Below, piece by piece: positions 51,479 through 63,260 of a stretch of 64,000 bases of DNA. Origin of the DNA: an uncultured Gammaproteobacteria bacterium. GTDB taxonomy: Bacteria; Pseudomonadota; Gammaproteobacteria; UBA9214. Numbering within the stretch: position 1 is the stretch's first letter; every line of letters starts with the position of its first letter. A program made the position numbers and the translations under genes. The DNA lies in NCBI GenBank assembly GCA_963748215.1, contig CAVVHS010000007.1:32001-96000 (forward strand), given 5' to 3'. The notes beneath the pieces were generated by a model. It worked only from the letters and a program-made list of their open reading frames with translations. It did no database searches and was not told the origin of the DNA.

Positions 51479-53522
51479 CTATTTCACCCGCATACCCGGC
51501 TGGGCGCCGCTGTCCGGGTGCAGGATATACAGTTCCTTGCCACCCGGGCCGGCGGCCAGCACCATGCCCTCGGAGACACCGAAGCGCATCTTGCGCGGCG
51601 CCAGGTTGGCGACCATCACGGTGAGCCGGCCTTCCAGTTCCTCGGGGCGGTAGGCGGACTTGATGCCCGCGAATACGTTGCGTTGTTTCGCCGCCCAGAT
51701 CGAGTGTCAGCTGCAGCAGCTTGTCGGCGCCCTCGACCGGCGCGGCCTTCGCGATACGCACGACGCGCAGGTCGAGCTTCGCGAAGTCGTCGAACTGGAT
51801 GGTGTCCGCGATCGGGTCTGTTGCCAGCGGTCCGCTGCGCCGCGGGTGCGGCGGTGTTGGCGAGGTGTTCCTTCGAGTCTTCCAGCATGGCGTCGATCTT
51901 CTCCTGTTCCACGCGCGTCAGCAACGGCGTGAAGGGCTTGATGGTGTGATCGGTGAGCGGCGCCTCGACGCTGTCCCAGCGCAGGGCCGGGATGTCGAGG
52001 AACGCCTCCACGCGCTGCGCCATGACCGGCAGGATCGGCTGCAGCCAGGTGATCAGCACGCGGAACAGGTTGAGCCCGGTGCTGCACACGTCCTGCACGG
52101 CCTGTTCCTGGCCGGCCTGTTTGGCCAGGACCCAGGGCTTGTGGGCGTCGATGTACTGGTTGGCCCTGTCGGCCAGCGCCATGATGTCGCGCACCGCCTG
52201 GCTGAATTCGCGCTGCTCGTAATGCGTCGGCGATGGCCGCGCCTTCGGCGACGAACTCCGCGTACAGTGCCGGCTCGCTGCACTGTCCGGACAGCCGCCC
52301 GTCGAAACGCTTGTTGATGAAGCCGGCGCAGCGGCTGGCGATGTTGACCACCTTGCCGACCAGGTCGCTGTTGACGCGCGCGATGAAGTCCTCGAGGTTG
52401 AGGTCGATGTCGTCGACGCCGCTGCCCAGCTTGGCGGCGAAGTAGTAGCGCAGGTATTCCGGGTTCAGGTGGTCGAGGTAGGTGCGCGCCTTGATGAAGG
52501 TGCCGCGCGACTTGGACATCTTCTGGCCGTCGACGGTCAGGAAGCCGTGCGCGAAGACCGCCGTCGGCGTGCGGAAGCCGGCGCCGCGCAGCATGGCCGG
52601 CCAGAACAGGGTGTGGAAGTAGATGATGTCCTTGCCGATGAAGTGATACAGCTCGGTGGTCGCTGTCCGGGTTCCAGTAGTCGTCGAAGTCGAGCCCGCG
52701 CTGTTCGCACAGGTTCTTGAAGCTCGCCATGTAGCCGATCGGCGCATCCAGCCAGACGTAGAAGTACTTGCCCGGCGCATCCGGGATCTCGAAGCCGAAG
52801 TAGGGCGCATCGCGCGAGATGTCCCAGTCGCTGCAGGCCGGCCTCGAACCACTCGTTCAGCTTGTTGGCGACCTCGGCCTGCAGGTGGCCGGCGCGCGGT
52901 CCAGTCGCTGCAGCATGTCCGCGAAGTCGGCCAGCTTGAAGAAGTAGTGCTCGGACTCCTTTTCGCACCGGCGTGGCGCCGGACTCAGCACCGAGACGCG
53001 GGTTCTTCAGCTCGGCCGGCATCGTAGGTGGCGCCGCAGACCTCGCAGTTGTCGCCGTACTGGTCGGGGGCGCCGCAGCGCGGGCAGTCGCCCTTGATGA
53101 AGCGGTCCGGCAGGAACATCTGCTGTTCCGGGTCGAAGACCTGGCTGATGGTGCGCTGGCTGATGTGGCCGGCGTCGCGCAGTTGCCGGTAGATGTCTCC
53201 GGCCAGGCTGCGGTTTTCGTCCGAGTGCGTGCTGTGGTAGTTGTCGAAGCCGACCTCGAAGCCGGCGAAGTCGGCCTGGTGCTCCCCGGCCATGCGCGCG
53301 ATCAGCGCCTCCGGCGTGATGCCCTCCTGCCGGGCGCGCAGCATGATCGGCGTGCCGTGGGCATCGTCGGCGCAGACGTAGATAGCAGTCGTGGCCGCGC
53401 AGCTTCTGGAAGCGCACCCAGATATCGGTCTGGATGTATTCCACCAGGTGCCCGATGTGGATCGGGCCGTTGGCGTAGGGCAGGGCGCTGGTGACCAGCA
53501 GGGTGCGGATTTCCTGACTCAT
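51479..53522 (-). CDS. metG: Methionine--tRNA ligase with many frameshifts (probable sequence errors)
   Basis: [41 protein letters not shown]-terminal tRNA-binding domain [11 protein letters not shown], spread over different frames. Confidence 0.93.
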
Positions 53523-53711
53523 GCTCGGGTATCAGTCGGCTTGCATAAAATCGTTGCGAATGGACGGGTTAGTATGCCATAGACCCGCCGCTGCCGTGGT
53601 ATCCCGTATGGGTAGCCCCGGGGACGCCCCCGGCCAGTTGGTGTACAATGCCCGGTCAATTTTCACCTGCACGAATGCGGCGGGTGACCTGACTGACCCG
53701 GGAGTAAAAAA

Positions 53712-54804
53712 ATGGCTGCAAGCAAAGACCAGATCGAAGCCAAACTGGCGACCTACGTCGATCCCTACCTCGAAAAGGACCTGGTATCCACCAAGTGCAT
53801 CAAGGAGATTTCCATCGACGGCGACACCGCGACCGTGAAGGTCGTGCTGGGCTTTCCGGCCACCGGCTACCGCGACGACCTGGCCGCGAAGCTGAAGGCG
53901 CTGGTCGAGTCCGTGGAGGGCGTCAAGACCGCCATCATCGACGTGTCGAGCAAGATCGCCGCCCATTCCGCGCAGAAGGGCGTCAAGCACATCGAGGGCA
54001 TCACGAACATCATCGCCGTGGCCTCCGGCAAGGGCGGCGTCGGCAAGTCCACCACCGCCGTCAACCTGGCCCTGGCGCTGTCGGCCGAGGGCGCCAAGGT
54101 CGGCATTCTGGATGCCGACATCTACGGCCCCAGCCAGCCGCGCATGCTCGGCGTGCACGGCAAGCCGGAGTCGCAGGACGGCAAGACGCTGGAGCCGATG
54201 AACAGCTACCACCTGCAGGCCATGTCGATCGGCTTCCTGATCGACGAGGAGACGCCGATGATCTGGCGCGGCCCGATGGTCACCCAGGCCCTGGAGCAGC
54301 TGCTCAACGACACCAACTGGAAGGACCTCGACTACCTGATCGTCGACCTGCCGCCGGGCACCGGCGACATCCAGCTGACCCTGGCGCAGAAGGTGCCGGT
54401 CAGCGGCGCGGTCATCGTCACCACGCCGCAGGACATCGCGCTGCTCGATGCGCGCAAGGGTCTGAAGATGTTCGAGAAGGTCGAGGTGCCGGTGCTGGGC
54501 ATCGTCGAGAACATGAGCATCCACATCTGCACGCAAGTGCGGCCACGAGGAGCACATCTTCGGCGAGGGCGGCGGTCGCGCGCATGGCCGAGCAGATACG
54601 ACGTCGACTTCCTCGGCGCGCTGCCGCTCGACATGCGCATCCGCGAGGAGACCGACTCCGGCAAGCCGACCGTGGTCGCCGAGCCGGACAGCCGCATCGC
54701 GCAGATCTACCGCGAGATCGCCCGCCGCACCGCGGCGAAGCTGTCGCTGCAAGACCAAGGACTACGCAGCGCGCTTCCCGCAGATCGTGATTTCCAACGA
54801 CTAG
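53712..54804 (+). CDS. apbC: Fe-S cluster carrier ApbC/Mrp (C-terminal frameshifts)
   Basis: SGKGGVGKST, DADIYGPS, WRGPM, DLPPGTGD, ENMS; likely true end RFPQIVISND* at 54804. Confidence 0.93.
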
Positions 54805-54925
54805 GAATCTACCCAGGCGGCGCGATACGGCGTTGAAAACCGGCTCGGAATGCTCATGTATTCATCCATACACTCCGCTTCCTCGCCGGTTTTCGCCTTG
54901 TCTCGCATCCGCCTGAGCGATTCCC
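54804..54925. repeat. ~120-bp imperfect palindromic (MITE-like) element
   Basis: GGAATC...CAGGCGG...GAAAACCGGC...GCCGGTTTTC...CCGCCTG...GATTCC nested inverted repeats. Confidence 0.6.
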
Positions 54926-54990
54926 TGGAAATATCGTCATTCCCGCGCAGGCGGAATCCGTAATTCACAGCGCAGGCGAAGACAGCTGAC

Positions 54991-55560
54991 ATGACCATCA
55001 AATCCGACAAGTGGATCCGCCGCATGGCGCAGGAGCACGGCATGATCGAGCCGTTCGAGCCGGGCCAGGTGCGCGAGAACGGCAACGGCAGCCGCATCGT
55101 CTCCTACGGCACGTCGAGCTACGGCTACGACATCCGCTGCTCCGACGAATTCAAGATCTTCACCAACATCAACTCGACCATCGTCGATCCCAAGAACTTC
55201 GACGCCAACAGCTTCGTCGACGTGAAGTCCGACGTCTGCATCATCCCGCCGAACTCGTTCGCGCTGGCGCGCACCGTGGAGTACTTCCGCATTCCGCGCA
55301 ACGTGCTGACCATCTGCCTCGGCAAGTCCACCTACGCGCGCTGCGGCATCATCGTCAACGTCACGCCGCTCGAGCCGGAGTGGGAAGGCCACGTGACGCT
55401 GGAGTTCTCCAACACCACGCCGCTGCCGGCCAAGATCTACGCCAACGAGGGCGTCGCGCAGGTGCTGTTCTTCGAATCCGACGAAGTCTGCGAGACCTCC
55501 TACAAGGACCGCGGCGGCAAGTACCAGGGCCAGCGCGGCGTCACGCTGCCCAAGACCTGA
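54991..55560 (+). CDS. dcd: dCTP deaminase
   Basis: [33 protein letters not shown]. Confidence 0.97.
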   Translation: MTIKSDKWIRRMAQEHGMIEPFEPGQVRENGNGSRIVSYGTSSYGYDIRCSDEFKIFTNINSTIVDPKNFDANSFVDVKSDVCIIPPNSFALARTVEYFRIPRNVLTICLGKSTYARCGIIVNVTPLEPEWEGHVTLEFSNTTPLPAKIYANEGVAQVLFFESDEVCETSYKDRGGKYQGQRGVTLPKT

Positions 55561-55996
55561 TTGCGCCCGCTGCGCTGAATCTGCAATAGCACCTCGCGCA
55601 CGACTACAGGGATGCAGGAGGTGCGAGTCCATGGATAGACTCGGTAGAGTGAAGCAGTAGAAGGTGAGATCGCGCAGCGATCGAGCGACTGTCCTGGGCC
55701 ATGCCAGAGACGAGGGCAACGCATGGAGCAGTTGCCGAGAGCCGCAAGAAAACACTACATAAATACCACAGGGTACGCCGGGTACACAGAGATAGTCCGT
55801 CGCTCGCGGGATGCCGGAATCGCCCGCAGGAGCGGACCGCGTCCGCGATGTTTTTCAGAATGGCAGCACCGCAGGATATGTTTGCGTCCACGAACCGCAT
55901 CAAAAAATAATGTCCCGCGCCAGGTCGCAAAGCCACAAACAGAAATCAAAAGGGTCAGACTACATGGATTCCCCTCTGTCGTCGGGTGATATTTAG

Positions 55997-56106
55997 GGAA
56001 CCTCTGATTAATTCACTCATCGTCATCCCGGCGCATGCCGGGATCCAGATTTTTCAATGACCTGGATGCCGGCCTTCGCCGGCATGACGAATTAATCAGA
56101 GATTCC
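55997..56106. mobile_element. Miniature element family B with IS5-like ends enclosing a CGTC-type REP pair
   Basis: IRs GGAACCTCTGATTAATTC / GAATTAATCAGAGATTCC, flanked by TTAG on both sides. Confidence 0.8.
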
Positions 56107-56113
56107 TTAGATA

Positions 56114-56335
56114 ATGCCGACCAATAAAATCAATCCGAAGAAGTTGCTGAACAGTAAATGGACGGCCGTCAAACCGGTGCAAAAGGAAAAGCATTTTATT
56201 GTGACTGAAGTGGAGTTTGATGAGCAGGGAGCTGTCATTTTCTGCTTGATAGAAGCCGTAATATCCAGACACAGGTATCCAATAAAATGGCAGGATTTAA
56301 AAGATATGAGTCAGTGGATCCATGGCTGGAAATAA
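56114..56335 (+). CDS. Small Trp-rich protein (TIGR02450 family)
   Basis: INPKKLLNSKWTAVKP..KEKHFIV ... WQDLKD...WIHGWK. Confidence 0.82.
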   Translation: MPTNKINPKKLLNSKWTAVKPVQKEKHFIVTEVEFDEQGAVIFCLIEAVISRHRYPIKWQDLKDMSQWIHGWK

Positions 56336-56427
56336 TCTGCCTTGCAAAAAATAATTGGTGCCAGAGCACATTTTCGACTTATATTCGTAATCAGTGTGCT
56401 CTGGCCCTTGTTTCCCTGTGTGCAGCG

Positions 56428-57021
56428 TCAACCCAGTTCGTGCAACACCTCGGCCAGCGAATGCGCGGCGAACTCCGGGTCACTGACGTCATGCCCCAGC
56501 AGTTTGCTGATGCACGGAATCGAGAACACGCCGCGGATGATCTGTAAGTCGCTGGTTCGATCGGTCTCGACCACCAGGATGTGCGGGCGCTCCTGCTTGC
56601 GCAGGGTATGGATGATATGACCGACGCGCGCATTGCGCACCGTGATCATGTCCATGGCCATGACCTCGTCGAGGGGTGTCATGAGCATGTCCACATGGAT
56701 GCGATGGCGTGGGATGCCTGCATTCTGGCCGATTCTGATTGGCCGTTCGCCCTGAATATCACAGGCCGTGATGATGCCGACAATGTTGTCCTCGCTGTCC
56801 GGCACCAGCAGGAGGCGGATGCCGGCAGCCTTCATCTTGCCGAGGGCCGCGTCGATGTTCATGGTCGGCTCGATGGTCAGCGGGGTCACTTTCAGGAAGT
56901 CCGTCATGACGCTGATAGCCGGGTCGTTGGTATGCGCCACCGGCGTAAGTCCATCGGGGGTGTGGCAGGGTATACCCACGTGCAGGCGAGTATGAGACAG
57001 CGCAGCATAATCGTTGGTCAT
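56428..57021 (-). CDS. CBS-domain protein
   Basis: DPAISVMTDF, IRLLLV...VGIITA, RGVFS. Confidence 0.8.
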   Translation of the reverse strand: MTNDYAALSHTRLHVGIPCHTPDGLTPVAHTNDPAISVMTDFLKVTPLTIEPTMNIDAALGKMKAAGIRLLLVPDSEDNIVGIITACDIQGERPIRIGQNAGIPRHRIHVDMLMTPLDEVMAMDMITVRNARVGHIIHTLRKQERPHILVVETDRTSDLQIIRGVFSIPCISKLLGHDVSDPEFAAHSLAEVLHELG

Positions 57022-57210
57022 GGCTCGCCCCTTCGCTTGCTTCGCAAGCACCGTCCCTGGTCCGACTATTCCGGGCCCTTCAACAGTAAGCATAGTCCAT
57101 GTGGACGGCGTGGCCAGTCCGTCAAATTGATCTGTTGTCGGCAGAAATCGACCGGGTAACTCAGGGGCAGACCCCGTTTTCCGGCTATCAACCGCGGCAG
57201 GCTGCATCGG

Positions 57211-59092
57211 TCATTTCGGTTTCTTTTTCCGCACCTTCTTCTTGCTGCCGCCTTTACCCTTGAAGCCGTCTTTCTTGCGCGCCTTGTCCTTGTCTTTGGG
57301 TTTGCCGCGCTGGGGAGTCGGGAACGCCGGTCGGTTTTCTTCGCCCGCACGGGATATTCTCAGCTGCTGGCCCGACACCCAGACCTTCTTCAGGGTGTTG
57401 AACACGTCCCTGGGCATGCCCTTGGGCAGGTCGACCAGGCTGTAGTCGGAATGTATGTCGATGCGGCCGATATTCTTGCTGTCGAGGCCGGCTTCGTTGG
57501 CAATGGCGCCGACGATGTTGGCCGGTTTGACGTCGTGGTCATGGCCCACTTCGATGCGATAGCGTTCCATGTCGGCATCGGGCGTCCGCTTCACCGCACC
57601 AGGCTCGCGTTCCTTGCGCGGCTTCCCGTCTTCCCGGTCCCTGGGGCGTGCACCGTCGGTCTTGTGCGGCTTGCTGACCGCCTTGTCACGGGGGCGGGCG
57701 CCCTCGGTCTTGCGCGGCTTGCGCGCCGGGCTGGCTTCGGACCGGTTGCTGTCTGCCTTGCGCTGCGGCTTGTTCTGCAGCAGCAGGGGGGTGTCACCCT
57801 GCAGCAGCTGGGCCAGGGCGGCGGCGATTTCCAGTGCGGGTACGTTGTGTTCCTGCTGGTATTGCTCGATCAGCTGGGAAAACAAGCCGGAATCCTCGGT
57901 TGCCAGGGTGTCGGTGATGCGCTGCTTGAAGCGGGCGATGCGCTTGTCGTTGATCAGCTCGGTGGAGGGCAGCTCCATGATATCGATCTTCTTGCGCGTG
58001 GCCTTTTCGATGGCGCCCAGCAGGCGCTTCTCGCGCGGCGCGACGAACAGGATGGCATCGCCGGCGCGGCCGGCGCGGCCGGTGCGGCCGATGCGATGCA
58101 CGTAGGCCTCGGTGTCGTAGGGGATGTCGTAGTTCACCACGTGGCTGATGCGTGCTACGTCCAGGCCGCGTGCGGCCACGTCGGTGGCGACGATGATATC
58201 GAGTTTGCCGCTCTTCAATTGTTCGATGGTGCGCTCGCGCTGGGCCTGCGGGATGTCACCGCTGAGCGCCGCCGCGGCGTAACCACGTGCCTCCAGTTTT
58301 TCCGCGAGCTCGACCGTCGCAATCCTGGTGCGCACGAACACCAGCATGGCGTCGAAGGGTTCGGCCTCGAGGATGCGGGTCAGGGCGTCCAGCTTGTGCA
58401 CGCCGCTGACCGGCCAGTAGCGCTGGCGAATGGTCTCGGCCGTGGTGGTTTTGACCTTGATGGTGATTTCCGCGGGATCTTTCAGGTGGCGGGTGGCGAT
58501 ACGGCGGATCTGCTGCGGCATGGTGGCCGAGAACAGCGCGACCTGCCGGCCAGGCGGCGTCTGTTCGAGGATCCATTCCACGTCATCGATGAAGCCCATG
58601 CGCAGCATTTCATCGCCTTCGTCCAGCACCAGGGTGCGCAACTTGTCCAGCATCGAGGGTGCCGCGGCGCATATGGTCCATCACGCGACCGGGCGTACCC
58701 ACCACCACGTGCACGCCACGCTGCAGGGCGCGGATCTGGGTGCGGTAGTCCTGGCCGCCGTAAACCGGCAGCACATGAAAGCCTTTCAGGTGTGTGGCGT
58801 ATTTCTGGAACGCCTCGGCCACCTGTATGGCCAGTTCACGGGTCGGCACCAGCACCAGCACCTGAGGGTCTTTTTGCTTTAACTCGAGCCTGTTCAGGAT
58901 CGGCAGGGCGAAGGCCGCGGTCTTGCCGGTGCCGGTCTGTGCCTGGCCCACCAGGTCCCGGCCGGCCAGCAGCAACGGGATCGTTTGCGCCTGGATGGGC
59001 GAGGGTGTTTCATAGCCCACCTCGTCCAGTATCTGGAGAATGGGTTTGTTCAGCGCGAGTTGATTGAACGCGGTTACCGTGTCGGTGGTCAT
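57211..59092 (-). CDS. deaD: DEAD-box RNA helicase DeaD/CsdA (one frameshift near 58650)
   Basis: AQTGTGKT, PTRELA, GTPGR, DEGD, SAT, HRIGRTGRAG, DbpA-type RNA-binding domain, basic tail. Confidence 0.92.
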
Positions 59093-59431
59093 TGTGCAGT
59101 ACCTGGGAAACAAGGGGCAGGCGTGGAACGCCGGGACCCGGGCGGTGTGCCCCGATTATCCGGGTCCATCAACTGCCGGGTCAAAGTCTGAAAGGCTGCG
59201 TAGTGTAACGGTTTGCATGCCCGGCGGCATGCCTTTTTCGGATAAAACCGGCGCCGGGGCAGGGTTGGCGCGGGGCGGGGCAGGCTGCCAGCCGGGGGGT
59301 CCCGGGTGCGTCCGTGGCATCGGCTGGCGTGCCGGAGCGTGCTGCGTCCGGACAAACACCGACTGCAGGCGGGCGGGTTCGTTATACTCCGCCCTGCAAA
59401 TTATCGTTACAGAACAGGCGGCGACAGACGC

Positions 59432-60103
59432 ATGAAATATTTCCTGGGCCTGCTGGTCGCGACACTGGTCGTGGCCGGCCTGCTGTTTCTCAACACCGGC
59501 GAACAACGCAGCGACCCGTCCGTCGATGCACTCGTGACCGGCCTGCCCTGGCAGATCGAGCTGTTGCCGGGCGGGGACACGCGAGTGTTCGGCATCACGC
59601 CTGGCCAGACCACGCTGGGCGAGGCCATGGAGCGGATGGGCGCTGACCTGGACCTGGCGATCATTGCGCCACCGCAGGAGGCCGGCACGCTGGAGGCCTA
59701 TTACAGCCACTACACGGCCGGGCCGATCACGGGCCGCCTGATCCTGGTGCTGGATGTCGCGGTTGACACGCTGCTGGCGATGCGCGCACGGGCGTTCCAG
59801 GACGGCGGCACGCGCCGCTACCACCTGCATCCCGACGACCTGCCGGTTGCCTACGCGGCACCGGTCAGGGTCATCACCTTTGTGCCCACGCTCAACCTGG
59901 ACGAGGCCATTGTGCAGGCCCGGTTCGGCGCGCCGGCCGAGGTCATGCACGCCAATGACCGGCAACAACACTGGCTCTATCCGGCACTGGGGCTGGACCT
60001 GGTTCTCGATGCGGACGGCAAGGATCTGCTGCAGTATTTATCACCCCGCAAATTCGGTGCCCATCGAGAGCGGCTGGGGCAGACGGCAGTGGCCGGTCAG
60101 TAG
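59432..60103 (+). CDS. Hypothetical membrane-anchored protein
   Basis: N-terminal TM, LPWQIE, HWLYPALGLD; clean ORF. Confidence 0.7.
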   Translation: MKYFLGLLVATLVVAGLLFLNTGEQRSDPSVDALVTGLPWQIELLPGGDTRVFGITPGQTTLGEAMERMGADLDLAIIAPPQEAGTLEAYYSHYTAGPITGRLILVLDVAVDTLLAMRARAFQDGGTRRYHLHPDDLPVAYAAPVRVITFVPTLNLDEAIVQARFGAPAEVMHANDRQQHWLYPALGLDLVLDADGKDLLQYLSPRKFGAHRERLGQTAVAGQ

Positions 60104-60319
60104 CCCCGATTGATGCGGTTCGCAGGCTCACCGCATCCTGCGGCAGGCGGCTTGACGGCTTTGGTGTATCCCTGTGAATCGACATGTGTTGTCAGGGAAA
60201 CGCGCAATCCGGGGTTTATACGGCCGGTCATTGATCTCCCGCCTGCATAGTCCTACCCTATCTCCTATACACGGCCCGGCTGGGTCGCTGATAACAAGCA
60301 CCGACAGTGAGGACTTTAC

Positions 60320-61216
60320 ATGCGTAATCTGTTCATTATCCTGCTATTGAGTTTTGGTCTGGCGTCCGCCGCATCTGCCGAGGTCGTTACCCTCTCGCAC
60401 AACGGTGTGACGCTTAACGCCAACCTGGAACAGGCCGGGTCGAGCTGGCCGGCCGGTCCCGTGGTGCTGATGACGCACGGCACGCTCGGGCACCGTGGCA
60501 TGGAAATCATGGCCACTCTGCAGGATTTGCTCGCCGAGCGCGGCATCAGCTCACTGGCGATCAATCTCAGCCTCGGCCTGGATGACCGTGACGCGGCGAT
60601 GTACGACTGCACCACCCCGCACACACACAAGCATACCGATGCGGTTGGCGAGATCGGGGCGTGGCTCGGCTGGCTGAAGGCGCAGGGCGCCAAACAGGTT
60701 GCATTGCTCGGCCATTCCCGCGGCGGTAACCAGACCGCGCGCTTTGCCGCTGCCAGTGACGACCCGGTCATCACCGCGGTGTTCCTGGTCGCGCCGCAGA
60801 CCTGGGACGCGGACAGCGAAACGCAGGGTTACAAAAAGCGTTTCGACGCCGATCTGTTCCCCTTGCTGACAAAGGCGCAGCAGATGGTCGCTGCCGACAA
60901 GGGCGCGGAGCTGATGGACGACATCGATTTTCTCTACTGCGAGAACACCCGCGCCAGCGCGGAATCCTTCCTTTCCTACCATGCGCCGGACGAGAACATG
61001 GACACGCCGCGGCTGATTCCGCAGATCAAGACGCCGGTCACGGTGTTCGCCGGCAGCGAGGACACCGTGGTCAAGGGACTGATCGACAAGGTCGAGCCGA
61101 TCGCCGATGGCGAGGCTGTGACGCTGGTGGTCATCGATGGTGCGGACCACTTCTTCCGCGACCTTTATGCGGAGGACATTGCCGACGCCATCGCGGCGAC
61201 GCTGGGCGTCGAATAG
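60320..61216 (+). CDS. Exported alpha/beta hydrolase
   Basis: Signal peptide, HG, GHSRG nucleophile elbow, GSED, GADHFF. Confidence 0.85.
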   Translation: MRNLFIILLLSFGLASAASAEVVTLSHNGVTLNANLEQAGSSWPAGPVVLMTHGTLGHRGMEIMATLQDLLAERGISSLAINLSLGLDDRDAAMYDCTTPHTHKHTDAVGEIGAWLGWLKAQGAKQVALLGHSRGGNQTARFAAASDDPVITAVFLVAPQTWDADSETQGYKKRFDADLFPLLTKAQQMVAADKGAELMDDIDFLYCENTRASAESFLSYHAPDENMDTPRLIPQIKTPVTVFAGSEDTVVKGLIDKVEPIADGEAVTLVVIDGADHFFRDLYAEDIADAIAATLGVE

Positions 61217-61443
61217 CGGCCCGCGGCACGCAATGACGTCAGGTATAAACCTCGCGTTATGTGCGGGAACGGCCTTGTGAAGCGCTCCTGCGCCCGATAG
61301 CCGCGCTTGTAGGAGCGGATCTCATCCGCGATTATTTACTCCTACAGAATAAGACCCTTCCGTAAGCGCCCGCGGTCTGCCTCCTGCGAGGCGAAAAAAA
61401 ACGGCGGGGCGTTTTACGCCCCGCCGTTCATGCAGGTCAGCGG

Positions 61444-61905
61444 CTAGCTCTGTACGCGCCAGCTGCCGTCCGGCTGCCGGCAGGCGGTGCCGTAGACCTT
61501 TTCCTTGCGGCCGCCGATCACGGCATCGATAGTGTACTCCCTGCATGGCCCGCTGGCGGAGTCGTAGGTGCTGGTCGGTACCATCGTGTAGTCGTTGCCC
61601 GTATCCGGGTTGTGCCAGCGCGACGGTACGCCGGTGCGTACGGTCTCCAGTGACTGGCTGACCCGGGCGCGGTCGTTGGCGTCCATGTTGTGGCCGATTG
61701 CGCCTCCGATCGCGGCGCCGGCCAGTGTGCCGGCAATGATGGCGGCCGTACGGCCATGCCCGCCGCCCACCTGGTTGCCCAGCACGCCGCCGAGGATGCC
61801 GCCGATGACCATGCCGGTCTGTTCCTGCGGGCCCTGGTAGGTAGCGCAGCCGGTGACGGCAAGCGTGGTGGCGAGCGCGATTGAAGTGATAATTTTACCT
61901 TTCAT
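61444..61905 (-). CDS. Glycine-zipper surface lipoprotein (17-kDa antigen-like)
   Basis: Lipobox VTGC, Gly-zipper, WHNPDTG, CREY...GTACRQPDGSW. Confidence 0.85.
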   Translation of the reverse strand: MKGKIITSIALATTLAVTGCATYQGPQEQTGMVIGGILGGVLGNQVGGGHGRTAAIIAGTLAGAAIGGAIGHNMDANDRARVSQSLETVRTGVPSRWHNPDTGNDYTMVPTSTYDSASGPCREYTIDAVIGGRKEKVYGTACRQPDGSWRVQS

Positions 61906-62074
61906 GACGGTTCCTCTCTAGACTGTTCGAGTCAAATGTTAGTTGCCGGATTATACCGCCCACCGGTGTTGATGGCTGTTGACCGCGATCATTCATGCCT
62001 GTTAAAAAGCGTACCTGACAAGTCTGGCAGCTTCAAAAAACAGCTACATATATCTGACACCGAATTCCCGCGAA

Positions 62075-63172
62075 TTACTTCCGCAGTGTCCAGTGGCGTC
62101 CCAGCGGGGTGTCCACGGCCTGCAATCCGAAGCGCTGATCGGCGCGCTGGCCGGTCTGCAGCAGGGCGAAGATGTCTTCCATGATACGGCGGTCCTCGGC
62201 GAAATAGGAGTGACCCAGCAGGCCGCCCGTGACCTCGCTGGCATCGATGGTTTCCACGCCGTCCACCACGACCAGCCCGGCGCCCGATTCGCCCGCGCGC
62301 GAGTAGCCGTGAAAGGCCTTGGAAGCCATCAGTGCACGGTCATTGGACGAGGCGTACAGTGTGATGTGAATGCCGGTGCGCGCCAGGCGCGGGGCCATGT
62401 CGATGCGAAACACCTCGGCATCAATGTCCGGCGCGATCATGATGATTTCACGGAACAGCAGCATGTCGCTTTCCAGGCGGTCGCTGGCGAGCGAGGTCAT
62501 GGCGCGGCCAATGATGCGGTTGCCCATGCTGTGACCGACCAGGTAGATGTTCTTGACCGGGACATAGTCGAACAGCTCGCCCATCAGCCGGACGAAATCC
62601 GCCTGCGCCCACTCGGCGTTGGTTTCGTCCACGGTGTAGCCGGTGAGGCTGCCCTGCGACGGCCAGCTGAACAGTACCACCGGACCCGAGAATTTCATGT
62701 CACTGGCGAACTGCGCCACCCGCTTGCTGACGGAGGGGAAGTCCTCGTTGTAGCCGTGCACGAAAATCATCAGCTTGCCGCCCGCGCTGGCATCGATGGC
62801 CGTGCCGAGCCGGCTGGCGAACTCGTCACGCGTCAGTGACAGCACCTGCTGCAGCCGGATGTGTTTTGTCTCGTCGGGCGTCATTTCCAGCCGGAGCAGC
62901 GAGGGTTGCTCGTGTTGTCCCATGACGTGGCCGGGGGGGATGCCGACGGTGGAGATGCCGTAGCTCAGGTCGCCGCGCGCGCCGCCGAAGAACAGGCCGC
63001 CATCGCCGTCCGGTGCCCGGTTGGTCACAAAAAACAGTTCGACCTCGCGCGGTTGCGTGTCTTCCGCTGCCGCATACGGGCGCGTGCCGCCGGTCAGTCC
63101 GCAGCCGTTCAGCAGGGGCAGCGCGACCAGCGCGAGTACGATCATGTACAGGGTGTTTCGAAAGTGATTCAT
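62075..63172 (-). CDS. DUF900-family alpha/beta hydrolase lipoprotein
   Basis: Lipobox LNGC, FVTNR, FVHGYN, FSWPS, GHSMG, APDID, GHSYF. Confidence 0.87.
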   Translation of the reverse strand: MNHFRNTLYMIVLALVALPLLNGCGLTGGTRPYAAAEDTQPREVELFFVTNRAPDGDGGLFFGGARGDLSYGISTVGIPPGHVMGQHEQPSLLRLEMTPDETKHIRLQQVLSLTRDEFASRLGTAIDASAGGKLMIFVHGYNEDFPSVSKRVAQFASDMKFSGPVVLFSWPSQGSLTGYTVDETNAEWAQADFVRLMGELFDYVPVKNIYLVGHSMGNRIIGRAMTSLASDRLESDMLLFREIIMIAPDIDAEVFRIDMAPRLARTGIHITLYASSNDRALMASKAFHGYSRAGESGAGLVVVDGVETIDASEVTGGLLGHSYFAEDRRIMEDIFALLQTGQRADQRFGLQAVDTPLGRHWTLRK

Positions 63173-63260
63173 GGGCTTGTTGTAAATGCCGTAGCTGGGG
63201 TAAACGGAACCGTGGCACCGGCGACGTGAACGACACGCGCGCCGCTGCCCCGGAATGATA

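Noticed and set aside
51479-53522. metG as a true pseudogene or programmed frameshift
   Set aside because: Essential gene, motifs intact, indels scattered without slippery sites; sequence error is more parsimonious.
61979-61992. FNR-like box TTGAC-N4-ATCAT
   Set aside because: 8/10 match with no supporting context; likely by chance.
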